Sequence record: OQ718158.1
Length of the DNA: 64,000 nucleotides
Source of the DNA: Escherichia phage vB_Ec-M-J
Reading direction: 5' to 3' (one strand)
Positions 28,981-38,805 of the stretch are shown piece by piece (within the stretch, counting starts at the first letter, position 1; the number at the start of each line of letters is the position of its first letter). The position numbers were made by a program, and so were the translations under genes. Below the pieces are notes generated by a model, which saw nothing but the letters and a program-made list of their open reading frames with translations, was not told where the DNA came from and searched no databases.

Positions 28981-29147
28981 AAGAAGTAATTGGTTACAAA
29001 TGTAAAAATTGTGGCAAAGATAAGGGTAAGCATTCAGTACAAGGGATGGCTTGTCCGAATCCAGGACGTGGTAATTTCAGAGGGTTCAGTACTGAAAAGT
29101 CTTACGAACTGGATCATACCAAACCTGTAATGGGTTATAAATTATGA
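28977..29147 (+). CDS. small zinc-ribbon protein (56 aa)
   Basis: Own translation MKEVIGYKCKNCGK...MACPNPG; ATGA overlaps on both sides. Confidence 0.35.
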   Translation: MKEVIGYKCKNCGKDKGKHSVQGMACPNPGRGNFRGFSTEKSYELDHTKPVMGYKL

Positions 29148-29503
29148 GTGATTATGTGGCATTTCTTCATCGCTTTGGTGAAGCTCAAGAAAAACACATT
29201 ATCCGTATGCCAGCTTATGGTGAAGAAGACTGGTACAAAAGTACTATCAGTGTAGGTGCATTTCGTGACCGTGAAGCTGAATTCTTTCTGGGTAAGCAAC
29301 ATGAACGAGAGGTACTTTGCTCACTTTGGCGTTTAGATGAATGGGATAGTGAAAATTCAAGAACGGCTAAATCAATGATGACTATTGTTGGTATTGCGAA
29401 CTATCAGCACCCATATGATCTATTACCTACATTTGAACATGCTTCTTTGTTTGACTTTTACAAAGCAGTAGGGTATGATTATAAAAAGAAACGTTACATT
29501 TAA
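29144..29503 (+). CDS. hypothetical protein
   Basis: Track ORF. Confidence 0.5.
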   Translation: MSDYVAFLHRFGEAQEKHIIRMPAYGEEDWYKSTISVGAFRDREAEFFLGKQHEREVLCSLWRLDEWDSENSRTAKSMMTIVGIANYQHPYDLLPTFEHASLFDFYKAVGYDYKKKRYI

Positions 29504-29548
29504 TATCAGTACTGTTATAGTGGCAGTACTTTTTAATTGGAGATTACT

Positions 29549-30163
29549 ATGACTACATCTGAAAAGTACTGGTGGATTATGGGCCATCCTAAATTCATCA
29601 ACGGAGATATGGTTCCCCCAAGGATTGATATCGAACCACATGATGTGTGTCCAATCACAAACCGCATTGAATCATTTAAAGCTCTGAATACAAAGACACA
29701 ATTTTGGGTAGAATTCATCTCACCTATGTACGTTGAGCAAGATGATGAATGGGTACAAGCACATGATTATGAGTTAGATTGCGGTGGTGATACTTATGAT
29801 GAGGCAATTGATGAACTATACAAAAATGTGCTAAACACTTATGGTGATTACACCCAACAAGAAGCAGACGATACGTTTAATAAGATCCATGCAGTCATTC
29901 CTACATCATCAATTTACAATTCAGCAAAAACAGTTTGGGAAGAACGTCACGGGTGGAGTTCATCTGTAATTGATGCAGAAGCCAAAGAAACAATTCTCGA
30001 AGACATAAAAAATATAAAAAGTACAATAGAAGCCTTGCGTGAATTTATAAAGTCTTGTACAATAGAACAACAGAAAGAGGCAAAGATGCATTTGGAGAGT
30101 GAAGAATGTAAACTTTGGGTTCTAGAGAAATCATTTGAAAAGGGTATAGACTTAGACTTATGA
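29549..30163 (+). CDS. hypothetical protein
   Basis: ATG at 29549 with GGAG RBS; within track ORF 29537..30163. Confidence 0.5.
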   Translation: MTTSEKYWWIMGHPKFINGDMVPPRIDIEPHDVCPITNRIESFKALNTKTQFWVEFISPMYVEQDDEWVQAHDYELDCGGDTYDEAIDELYKNVLNTYGDYTQQEADDTFNKIHAVIPTSSIYNSAKTVWEERHGWSSSVIDAEAKETILEDIKNIKSTIEALREFIKSCTIEQQKEAKMHLESEECKLWVLEKSFEKGIDLDL

Positions 30164-30528
30164 ATCGTAAACTTGAGAAACTAATTGAAGAACTACGCCG
30201 GATGCCACCCATCGAGCAAGTGGGGAGCTACAAACGTTATCGTGTGATTGCTCGTGCACTAGATAAGAAAGGTCGTGTATTGGCAACACGTACTAATTCT
30301 TACACACATACTCACCCAGTACAGAAAGGTTTTGCAATCCGTGCTGGGCGTCCACAAGGTGAATTTCTTCATGCTGAAATCTCATGTTTGCTGGCTTCTC
30401 GTGCTGAAGTTCATACTTTGTTGATTGCACGGGTAAGTAAAGATGGTATTCCAGTCCCTGCCAAGCCTTGTGAGATTTGTACGTTGGCAATTCTGGAATA
30501 TGGGGTAAAAGAAATTATTCACACATGA
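30160..30528 (+). CDS. CDA-fold (cytidine/nucleotide deaminase-like) zinc-binding protein
   Basis: HAEISCL ... PCEICTLAI, the H[AC]E / PCxxC deaminase signature (TadA/CDA-like). Confidence 0.55.
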   Translation: MNRKLEKLIEELRRMPPIEQVGSYKRYRVIARALDKKGRVLATRTNSYTHTHPVQKGFAIRAGRPQGEFLHAEISCLLASRAEVHTLLIARVSKDGIPVPAKPCEICTLAILEYGVKEIIHT

Positions 30529-30746
30529 AGAAAATTGAACGCTACCAAAACCATACAGTTGTGACTGAAGATGATATATTTTATTATTATATTTTCAGAC
30601 CCACACACTGTTTACAAATAACGACATATGAGAATGGTAAATTCAAAGATGTCAACTTCCATATAACAGATTTAGCAAAATATTCCAGTACTGAATACTT
30701 TAGTAATTTAGTATTTGTGTACTGTATACCACATCATAACATTTAA
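30525..30746 (+). CDS. hypothetical protein
   Basis: ATG at 30525 (ATGA overlap) within track ORF 30477..30746. Confidence 0.4.
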   Translation: MKKIERYQNHTVVTEDDIFYYYIFRPTHCLQITTYENGKFKDVNFHITDLAKYSSTEYFSNLVFVYCIPHHNI

Positions 30747-30756
30747 GGAGTCAACT

Positions 30757-31116
30757 ATGGCTAAAACTATTTCTTTAAAAAATGAAAATGTAGGACAACG
30801 CAAAGATGGGTTCTTTGGATTCTCATGGACAACATTGTTCTTTGGTCCGTTCCCTGCATTGTTTCGTGGTGACTTTATTACGTTCATCGGTGCATTTGTA
30901 ATTTACTTCATCCTCAACGCAGTGTCTTTTTGGATTGTGGGTACAGTTGCAATGGTCGTGTGGGCATTTCTTTATAATAAGTACTACACTGTGAATCTCA
31001 TCAAGAATGGGTATAAATTCAATGGTACACATGAAGAAAATGCTGAAGCTGCAATGGCGTTACAAATTGATCTAAACAAAAACAATACTGTAGATAAAAA
31101 CAAAGAACCAGAATAA
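30757..31116 (+). CDS. membrane protein
   Basis: ATG at 30757 with AAGGAG RBS; two hydrophobic helices. Confidence 0.55.
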   Translation: MAKTISLKNENVGQRKDGFFGFSWTTLFFGPFPALFRGDFITFIGAFVIYFILNAVSFWIVGTVAMVVWAFLYNKYYTVNLIKNGYKFNGTHEENAEAAMALQIDLNKNNTVDKNKEPE

Positions 31117-31335
31117 ATGGATCAATATGAGATAACTTACGATTATTATGGTAAGGCTTATATGAAGTGTGGTCGTTTTATTGAACTATCGAATAGAGAA
31201 GCAATCGACCCACAAACCATTATATCCATCCATAACTCGTACTATAAAAAAATTACCATAGCTAATTTTGCAACATACGTAGATAATCCTATATTTCCGT
31301 ATATTATTCAGTTCTATTGTAGAGCTATAAAATAA
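31117..31335 (+). CDS. hypothetical protein
   Basis: Track ORF. Confidence 0.45.
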   Translation: MDQYEITYDYYGKAYMKCGRFIELSNREAIDPQTIISIHNSYYKKITIANFATYVDNPIFPYIIQFYCRAIK

Positions 31336-31346
31336 GGTAAAACGAA

Positions 31347-31757
31347 ATGTTAGCCGATGATTTTATGTCTCTAAGTATCAAGATATTTGATATATTAGGT
31401 GATGAAATAGATTTCCATCTAAATGATAAAACTATACCACACGAAGATGGTGGGTATTTTTTCGCATTTGGTAATAAGTTCAATGTTGATTTTTCAATTC
31501 CGGTTCCTGATGGAAGTGATTATGCAGCATCAACATATTTTGAATTTCAGTTCAGTGGTCATACCGAGCGTTTACTAACATATAGACGTAAAGGAAATTT
31601 CAGTAGGCCAGAGATTATATTAATGGATTTTGAAAAACGCATAGAACTTGCCAAGAATAATCCATTCATCAGTACTTATGCGTTAAACCAATTCATTGAT
31701 CTATTTGATGGATATCCAGACAGAATACGAGGGTCGTTACGTATAAATGCAGAATGA
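31347..31757 (+). CDS. hypothetical protein
   Basis: Track ORF; TAAGGT RBS. Confidence 0.5.
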   Translation: MLADDFMSLSIKIFDILGDEIDFHLNDKTIPHEDGGYFFAFGNKFNVDFSIPVPDGSDYAASTYFEFQFSGHTERLLTYRRKGNFSRPEIILMDFEKRIELAKNNPFISTYALNQFIDLFDGYPDRIRGSLRINAE

Positions 31758-31932
31758 AATCTTTAAAAAAGAATACGATGGTGAAAGTCTCTATGATATT
31801 CAGCGAGACGTACATGAAGCATTCGATTCAAGATTTAACCCATTAGCTGGACAAATCCCACAAGATGAGTTTGGTTTCCAAGAAGGCACATTTACAGTGA
31901 CTATTACATGGAGTCCAGATGAGACTAGCTAA
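31747..31932 (+). CDS. hypothetical protein
   Basis: Track ORF. Confidence 0.4.
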   Translation: MQNEIFKKEYDGESLYDIQRDVHEAFDSRFNPLAGQIPQDEFGFQEGTFTVTITWSPDETS

Positions 31933-32035
31933 ACTTGTAATCGGATGCAGTGCAATTGCTGCATATATGTTTTTTGCCGCTCCAACCAATGTAGTACTGC
32001 TAATTTGGGCAGTTTTTATATTAGCAGTACTTTAA
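31919..32035 (+). CDS. very small hydrophobic protein (38 aa)
   Basis: Own translation MRLAKLVIGCSAIAAYMFFAAPTNVVLLIWAVFILAVL, ending just before a terminator. Confidence 0.25.
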   Translation: MRLAKLVIGCSAIAAYMFFAAPTNVVLLIWAVFILAVL

Positions 32036-32058
32036 AGCACCCTAGTGGTGCTTTTTCT
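32036..32058 (+). terminator. rho-independent terminator
   Basis: AGCACC-CTAGT-GGTGCT followed by TTTTTCT. Confidence 0.65.
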
Positions 32059-32194
32059 ATTTGTACAAATATAAAGCAATGTGACCTTTCCTTGATATAG
32101 GTCAAGAGAAATACCCTGTTCTGACGCTATAATGGTGTCTGGTGATGTTAAATAACTTCACCCCCAGATGATTTCAAAATACAAGGAAAGTAAA

Positions 32195-34000
32195 ATGCAA
32201 TTAGATAAATTATATACTGACGTAACAAATTTCCTAAATCAGAGCAATACTGATCTTACAAATGAAAATGCAAACAAAGATGCGAAATGCGTCAATACAC
32301 ACAGGGATTTACTTGCTGGTATCCTATCTAAGCATTATTCACAAGATGTTATTCCAAAGGAGCTAATGCAGTGGCATAATGATGGTTATGGTCACATTCA
32401 TGATTTAGACTACTATATCAGCCCATTAACTAACTGCTGCTTGGTTAACTACCCAGATATGCTAAAAAATGGATTTACCATTGGTTGTGCAAAAATTGAA
32501 GAACCAAAGAGTTTTAGTGTAGCATGTACAGTACTGACACAAATTGTACAAGCTGTTGCTAGTTCCCAGTACGGTGGTCAATCGTTGGCTCATATCGACG
32601 TGGGTCTTGAACCTTACGTCCAAAAGTCGTGGGATAAGCTATTAGCGAAGCAAAAGGCATATAATCTCAGTACTGAATACATTGAGGAAGAATTACGAAA
32701 AGAAGTCTATGATGGGTGTCAAACCTTACTTTACCAGACAAATTCAATGATTAGTACAAATGGTCAAGCAGCATTCATTTCTCTTAGTTTGGGACTGAAT
32801 ACTTCAAAATTTGGTAAATTAATCACTGAACAGTACTTAAAAGTACATGAGAATGGTTTAGGTAAAGATAAGATTACTCCTGTGTTTCCTAAAGTAATTT
32901 TCTTTTTACAGGACGGAATCAACATGAATAGCGATGATTGCAACTATGACATGAAACAGTTGGCAATGCGTTGTGCATCGAAGAGAATCTACCCAGACTT
33001 CGTTTCTGTGCCGTTAAATCACAAAGTTACAGGAAGTGGCAGTACAGCAGTAACTCCGATGGGTTGTCGTTCATTTTTAGGAAAATGGGAAGATTCCAAT
33101 GGAAATGAGCAATATAACGGTCGTTTCAACTTAGGCGTAGTTTCTATCAATTTACCTCTAATTGCTCTTGAAAGTGCCTCAGATGGAGAGTTTTTTGATA
33201 AAATAGACGAGCATATGAATATTGCATATCGTGCTCAGATGAACCGTGTAGAGCGTTTAAAAGGCACAAAAGCGAAGCAGAATCCGATTTTGTTCATGGA
33301 AGGTGCACTTTCACGTTTAGGGGCAGAAGAAACGATTGACAAGCTATTTTATAACGGATATGCTAGTATTAGTATTGGTTACGTTGGTTTAGTTGAATGT
33401 TCAGAAATTCTGACTGGTTCTATCAGTAAGGAGTTCTGCATGTCAGTACTGAATTATATGAAAGTAAAATGCGATGAGTTCAAAAAAGAGAGTAATATAG
33501 CTTTTAGTCTATATGGAACCCCAGCAGAGTCACTTTGCTACAAATTTGCACGTTGCATCGAATCTAAATACCCTTCAGTACTAAAACGTGATTACATCAC
33601 AAATTCCTTCCACCAACCAGTATGGGTAGCAAGTTCACCATTTGATAAGTGGAGTTACGAAGAGGGTTTTGCTTACCTCAGTAATGGTGGAAACATCAGT
33701 TATGTTGAATCACCCAACCTAAGTAACAATATTCAAGCACTTGAGACTTTAGTCAATTACGCTTACACAAAGATCCCATATTTTGGTATCAACCAGCCAA
33801 TTGACCAGTGTTACGAGTGTGGGTATAAAGGTGAGTTCAGTGTAGATAAACACGGTTTTCATTGTCCAGTATGTGATAATCGCAATGAGAAGACAATCTC
33901 AGTGATTCGTCGTGTTTCTGGATATTTGGGGAACCCATCGTCTCGTGGATTCAACAAAGGCAAACAACAAGAATGTTGTGAGCGTATACAACACAAATAA
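32195..34000 (+). CDS. nrdD: anaerobic ribonucleoside-triphosphate reductase NrdD
   Basis: N-terminus resembles T4 NrdD (NENANKD, TNCCLV); C-terminal zinc site CYECG...CPVC; glycyl-radical motif RRVSGYLG; ATG 32195 with AAGGAAAG RBS. Confidence 0.9.
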   Translation: MQLDKLYTDVTNFLNQSNTDLTNENANKDAKCVNTHRDLLAGILSKHYSQDVIPKELMQWHNDGYGHIHDLDYYISPLTNCCLVNYPDMLKNGFTIGCAKIEEPKSFSVACTVLTQIVQAVASSQYGGQSLAHIDVGLEPYVQKSWDKLLAKQKAYNLSTEYIEEELRKEVYDGCQTLLYQTNSMISTNGQAAFISLSLGLNTSKFGKLITEQYLKVHENGLGKDKITPVFPKVIFFLQDGINMNSDDCNYDMKQLAMRCASKRIYPDFVSVPLNHKVTGSGSTAVTPMGCRSFLGKWEDSNGNEQYNGRFNLGVVSINLPLIALESASDGEFFDKIDEHMNIAYRAQMNRVERLKGTKAKQNPILFMEGALSRLGAEETIDKLFYNGYASISIGYVGLVECSEILTGSISKEFCMSVLNYMKVKCDEFKKESNIAFSLYGTPAESLCYKFARCIESKYPSVLKRDYITNSFHQPVWVASSPFDKWSYEEGFAYLSNGGNISYVESPNLSNNIQALETLVNYAYTKIPYFGINQPIDQCYECGYKGEFSVDKHGFHCPVCDNRNEKTISVIRRVSGYLGNPSSRGFNKGKQQECCERIQHK

Positions 34001-34008
34001 GGTACATT

Positions 34009-34335
34009 ATGGATTTAAAGCCAATTGTGGTTAACAAATATAAAGAACCGTATGATGTGTATATCGGGCGTGGGTCTAAATGGGGAAACCCATTTACCCA
34101 TATCAGTGATAAACAGACCAAAGCCGAGTTCATTGTTGCTACAAGGGAAGAATCAATCGAAAAGTTCAGAGAATACATTATTGAGCGTATTTCTAATGGA
34201 GAAGTTAAGATTGATGATTTACTTGAGTTAGCAGGGAAACGTCTTGGCTGTTTCTGTAAACCGAAATCATGTCATGGTGATGTTCTCGTTGAGATAGTGA
34301 GTGCAATATTAGATGAATTACCAGACGATAATTAA
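34009..34335 (+). CDS. DUF4326-like protein (YIGRG...WGNPF family)
   Basis: VYIGRGSKWGNPF signature recalled from the DUF4326 family; function unknown. Confidence 0.5.
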   Translation: MDLKPIVVNKYKEPYDVYIGRGSKWGNPFTHISDKQTKAEFIVATREESIEKFREYIIERISNGEVKIDDLLELAGKRLGCFCKPKSCHGDVLVEIVSAILDELPDDN

Positions 34336-34783
34336 AGACGACCTTATTAATGGGGAGGGAGTAAGATGCTCCCTTTTTGTTAGTGGGTGCAGTCATGGAT
34401 GTGACGGATGCTTCAACGAAGAGGCATGGGATTATAGAAGTGGGCAAGAGTTCAGTACTGATACAATTGATACAATTTTAGCTGAACTCAGCAAACCGTA
34501 CATTAGTGGGTTATCACTCCTTGGTGGAGATCCTCTAATGAAAAAGAACATCGAAACAATTTTAGAGCTATGTAAAATTGTAAAAGAGACTTATCCCAAT
34601 AAAACTATTTGGTGCTGGAGTGGATATACTTTAGAAGAGATTATGGATAATCATGCTAAAGACATTCTTCAGTACTTAGATGTATTAGTTGATGGTAAAT
34701 TTGTTTCAGAAGAAAAGAATTTAACATTACCATTTCGTGGTTCAAATAACCAACGTATACTTTATAAAAATAAAAATTTTTAA
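34313..34783 (+). CDS. nrdG: anaerobic ribonucleotide reductase activating protein NrdG (radical SAM)
   Basis: CxxxCxxC cluster GCSHGCDGC; recalled similarity to E. coli/T4 NrdG (RCSLFVSGC, LVDGKF, RGSNNQ). Confidence 0.85.
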   Translation: MNYQTIIKDDLINGEGVRCSLFVSGCSHGCDGCFNEEAWDYRSGQEFSTDTIDTILAELSKPYISGLSLLGGDPLMKKNIETILELCKIVKETYPNKTIWCWSGYTLEEIMDNHAKDILQYLDVLVDGKFVSEEKNLTLPFRGSNNQRILYKNKNF

Positions 34784-34818
34784 CAAAAAAGCACCCAAAT
34801 GGGTGCTTTGTCTATTTT
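34784..34818. terminator. bidirectional rho-independent terminator between convergent genes
   Basis: AAAAAA-GCACCC-AAAT-GGGTGC-TTTGTCTATTTT, between nrdG (+) and the RCC1-like gene (-). Confidence 0.7.
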
Positions 34819-35984
34819 GGTGTTTGTAACGTTACAAACGAACCAGTTAATGTATCAGAAGTTGGGTTTATACCAGTATACATAACACCATTACTTATTA
34901 CTATTGCAGTAAGGTTGTAAGACATTGAAATGAAATCATCAGAATCAGTTAGTGAATTTGGAATTAAACTAAATGTAAGTGTTGGATTTGGATTGGAACC
35001 CAAACGAGTTGTATAGTTTCCACCAGTTCCATATAAACCATCTGATTTTTTTATACCTATACCAAAATATCCTTCTGAATATACTGGATACAATTTATAA
35101 TCAGTTCCCATATCAAATGCAATCAAAGTTGGGTTTACAACGTTTCCTGATGCAGAAACACCATTACCCAAGTTACCAGCTATTCGGTTACCACATACCC
35201 ACATTTCATCAACCGATGTTGTAGTATTACGTAATACCATATATGTACCATAGTAAGAAACCATAATATCCGAAACGGTGTATGATGCTTTTGTATATTC
35301 TGTGAACGTTGTTAAGGCAGTTGTGTTACCCGTTCCAAGCTGCCCATTATTATTGATACCACATCGAAAAAGTGTATTATTATTTTTTAATATCCAAGTT
35401 CCATTATCAGCAGCTATACATATTTTTTTAACATCAGTACTAATTAATGTGAATTTAGTTACTGCTGATGTGTTTCCAGTTCCTAATGTACCATTAGCAT
35501 TTCTACCCATTCCGTAAGCTGAACCATCATTGAAATGTATAATTATATTATCCACCCAAACATGTATATCTTTTATATTATTGAGTTGTTCTTCTGTAAA
35601 TACACTAGAAAAGTAACTAGTTCTATCTACATAAACATTCGAGAATGATGACACACCCCCAAATGCATAAGTCGTGGTTGAGCATGATAAAAATTCATCA
35701 GTTTTCGTTTGTAATAATATAAATCGTCCAAAGGAACACCAAGCGTTTTTAACATTACTTCGGATAAGGGTCCAGGTAGTACGGTTAGTGCTTACATCAC
35801 CATCACCAAAAATATAATTTGAACCAGCACCACTACCACCACCACCACCAATTCCCCATAACTCACCATTATCATATAATATTATGATAGCAGAATAGTT
35901 GCTCGTTGTTGGTGTTAGTATTTTAGATATATTTGGTGTTGGAGCACGATTTCCGTACTTCACCATTCTTGCAAATGGAAGCAT
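34812..35984 (-). CDS. RCC1-repeat (beta-propeller) Gly-rich protein
   Basis: The only substantial minus-strand gene; repeated G.N.GQLG.G-type motifs (NNNGQLGTGNT, NANGTLGTGNT, AGNLGNG); second ATG (MLPFARM) chosen for AAGGAG RBS. Confidence 0.65.
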   Translation of the reverse strand: MLPFARMVKYGNRAPTPNISKILTPTTSNYSAIIILYDNGELWGIGGGGGSGAGSNYIFGDGDVSTNRTTWTLIRSNVKNAWCSFGRFILLQTKTDEFLSCSTTTYAFGGVSSFSNVYVDRTSYFSSVFTEEQLNNIKDIHVWVDNIIIHFNDGSAYGMGRNANGTLGTGNTSAVTKFTLISTDVKKICIAADNGTWILKNNNTLFRCGINNNGQLGTGNTTALTTFTEYTKASYTVSDIMVSYYGTYMVLRNTTTSVDEMWVCGNRIAGNLGNGVSASGNVVNPTLIAFDMGTDYKLYPVYSEGYFGIGIKKSDGLYGTGGNYTTRLGSNPNPTLTFSLIPNSLTDSDDFISMSYNLTAIVISNGVMYTGINPTSDTLTGSFVTLQTPK

Positions 35985-36096
35985 TTTAAGTCTCCTTATC
36001 ATTATTATATAGTATATTTATGCAACTTTCCTTTAGTTCGCTTTTAGTAACCTCTAATAAATACAGTAACTAATATCTAAATTACAAGGGATATGT

Positions 36097-38793
36097 ATGT
36101 CAAAGAAAATATATGGTGGCTTAGACGTCACTCATAATGTGACAGTTAAAGGGAAAAGAACAGTACAGGGCATCAATGAACAAGTATTTGATGCTAATGG
36201 TAATATGGAAATTGATACATATTCCAAAGAAGAATTACTTGATGTAATTAGTTTACTTCCAATCTCGCATTATGGTACACATAACTATCTACCTGCTGGG
36301 GTATCTGGTGATTTTAATGGTGCATCAGAAAACCAATCCCAACGTAGAAACAAAATACTTTTAGAAAACGATGGCACATTAGTACTATTACGTAGTGGTA
36401 CAAACGGTAGTGTTGAAGGTTTATTTTATTCTTACCTAGCGAACGCATTATCCGTTACCGATATGAGCCGTACTGTTAATACAAGCCGTCAGTATAAGCC
36501 TGGCTATTTTGGGGCAAACCGTGTTGCTATTGGTTTATACAATACCGATTCAAAAATACTGTTAGGTCGTTACAATGACACATCTACCAATACTAATGGG
36601 TTGTTTATATCAGTAACGAATGGTACATTGGATGATACTCAACATAGTGGTCTTTTTGTGAACCAAGCTGATATTTCACCTGAAGGTGGGATTGAGTATG
36701 CTATGATGGCAGAAGACGGTTCAGTTTATGTATTCAACGTCCTTAATGAAAATAACAAACTACAGATTGTTGTTGTTCGTGTTGTATTGAATATTGCAAA
36801 CGGTACTTATACTGCTACCCGAATCACGGGGTGGACAACAAAAACTTTTTACAATACTACATATACTGCTCAGAATAATATGATCATTACTGACCATGTT
36901 AACTCAACTAATATTGCTGATAAGCCCTATGTCTATGTACCACAAAATTTGGCTGGTATGGGGATTTATATGACATCTATCGATTTATATGTTGCTCAGG
37001 AGCCAGGAACGCAGAACTTCCGATTCAGAATGAATGGTGACGCATGGTTCACTATGGCAAACTACAATACCCGACCACAGCATAGTTATAGTTTCAATTT
37101 TAACATGAGTACTAAACAATGTAACTTGGATAATGGGAACGATATTGGTACATTTGCTGCACCATTTGTTGTTACAAACACAGGTTCGGCATTGGTTGCT
37201 ACTGGTAATGTTCTCAACAACGATCCGTTATATGACCATAGCGGTGCAAGAAACATTTACAGTTCATATTATTATTTGAATACAGGTGAAGTATTCTGTA
37301 CTGCATGTCCAAACTTAGCAGAACCATTACTTATGCAGAAAGCTAAATTTACTGCACAATCAATATATAGCATGATTAATGTACGTGCGAACATTTCAAC
37401 TGATTTCAGAAATGGCATAGTTCGTCCTTCATTTGGTTCAGCAGTTGGTTCTTTTATTAACGGCGTAGAATTGCTTCCAGGGAACAGTACTAAACAGTAT
37501 TCTCGTTCAACTGGTTCTGGTGCATTCCGTCCATCTTATGCAGTTCATAAAAGTACTCCTAACTTTACGTTTAATTCTTTATCACGTGGAACCATACAAG
37601 GTTATGAGCCAACAACAGAACGTGCTAATGTGACAGATAACACGAACAACAGAGTTTTTATTAGTTCCATTAGTGGTAATAATGTTACTACAAATGGTGG
37701 GATATTCATGGTAGGTCAGAGATATTCCCAATCACTATCATATGATAAAAATATGAACGGAACTGGTATCATTAGTGTTACTCAATCTGTACTTGATAAT
37801 TTCAGAAATGCTGAATACGCCAAAGTACTAAGCGACTGGAACTTATCTTCTGCTGCTTATAAAGATATGACATTGTTTGTTCCACAACAAACTGATATAC
37901 CTGCATTCGTAATGCTAAGTACAGTTACAAATACATATCAGAACTATATTAGAATTGCTGAAGTGAATGTGAATACACGTTCAGGTAATATCACTACAAT
38001 TACCTTCAAGCGTTTAGTACTAGAAAACGTTTACGGAAGTAACTTTACACCAAATGGTAATGGTAGTTTTGCATTGTCTTCTGTTGGTTTAACAATATAT
38101 GATGGTGGTTCTTTCTACTTCATAGGTGGTTCTGACCCATTATCTCACCCAACTATTGGTAATACAAACACACACCAATTCAGAGCATATGTAACAAAAG
38201 CAACTGCACAATTTGATAGTTTTATTATCAGTGGTTCACATGCAAGTTATGAGCAAGGTATTCAACCAGCAGCTTTACCTGGTATTGGTTTTGGTTATTT
38301 CCAAGCAATAGACTATGTAAACAAAATGACTTTCCAAAAATGTGGTACTACAATTGCTGATTATAATAACTGGACTGCTCAAGGTGCACCGATTAACGTA
38401 GTTTCACAAGACGTTGCTCAAGGTTTTATTGTGTACTTCACAGAAGAAACTCCAGTAATTCTTTCTGGTAAAGCATTTACATTACCGATTACTAGTATAA
38501 ACTTAACTACAGTTAAGGCTAATCCAGCAAACACATTATTTCATGTATATGTTAAAATGGAACAAGGTAATGCAAAATATGTAATAACAACTGATGTTAT
38601 TTCAGAGACTGGTACTACAGCATATAATATTTTCTGGATAGGTACTATACAAACAAACTCACTACAAATATCAAATGTTAACATACAAAAACGTTCAAGA
38701 TTGGATATTTTCGGTGCGTCACTTGAAGCTGCTGGTTCTTCATTCCCAGTTAGTTATGGTCTACCGTCACAAACAGGAACAATCAATTGGTAA
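36097..38793 (+). CDS. tail-fiber-like / putative receptor-binding protein, paralog A (898 aa)
   Basis: Asn/Thr/Ser/Gly-rich; shares N-terminal LPIS.YG and C-terminal ~130-aa module (VVSQDVAQGF...FPVS.G.P.QTGT..W) with 38806 and 39410. Confidence 0.65.
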   Translation: MSKKIYGGLDVTHNVTVKGKRTVQGINEQVFDANGNMEIDTYSKEELLDVISLLPISHYGTHNYLPAGVSGDFNGASENQSQRRNKILLENDGTLVLLRSGTNGSVEGLFYSYLANALSVTDMSRTVNTSRQYKPGYFGANRVAIGLYNTDSKILLGRYNDTSTNTNGLFISVTNGTLDDTQHSGLFVNQADISPEGGIEYAMMAEDGSVYVFNVLNENNKLQIVVVRVVLNIANGTYTATRITGWTTKTFYNTTYTAQNNMIITDHVNSTNIADKPYVYVPQNLAGMGIYMTSIDLYVAQEPGTQNFRFRMNGDAWFTMANYNTRPQHSYSFNFNMSTKQCNLDNGNDIGTFAAPFVVTNTGSALVATGNVLNNDPLYDHSGARNIYSSYYYLNTGEVFCTACPNLAEPLLMQKAKFTAQSIYSMINVRANISTDFRNGIVRPSFGSAVGSFINGVELLPGNSTKQYSRSTGSGAFRPSYAVHKSTPNFTFNSLSRGTIQGYEPTTERANVTDNTNNRVFISSISGNNVTTNGGIFMVGQRYSQSLSYDKNMNGTGIISVTQSVLDNFRNAEYAKVLSDWNLSSAAYKDMTLFVPQQTDIPAFVMLSTVTNTYQNYIRIAEVNVNTRSGNITTITFKRLVLENVYGSNFTPNGNGSFALSSVGLTIYDGGSFYFIGGSDPLSHPTIGNTNTHQFRAYVTKATAQFDSFIISGSHASYEQGIQPAALPGIGFGYFQAIDYVNKMTFQKCGTTIADYNNWTAQGAPINVVSQDVAQGFIVYFTEETPVILSGKAFTLPITSINLTTVKANPANTLFHVYVKMEQGNAKYVITTDVISETGTTAYNIFWIGTIQTNSLQISNVNIQKRSRLDIFGASLEAAGSSFPVSYGLPSQTGTINW

Positions 38794-38805
38794 AGGATTA
38801 ATCTT

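Noticed and set aside
32195-34000. Group I intron in nrdD (as in T4)
   Set aside because: The NrdD reading frame is continuous from N-terminus to the glycyl-radical motif, with no intervening structured segment.
34009-34335. Assigning the DUF4326-like protein to the NADAR ADP-ribosyl hydrolase family
   Set aside because: I recall the YIGRG...WGNPF signature as DUF4326 but cannot confirm any relationship to NADAR from memory; left as domain of unknown function.
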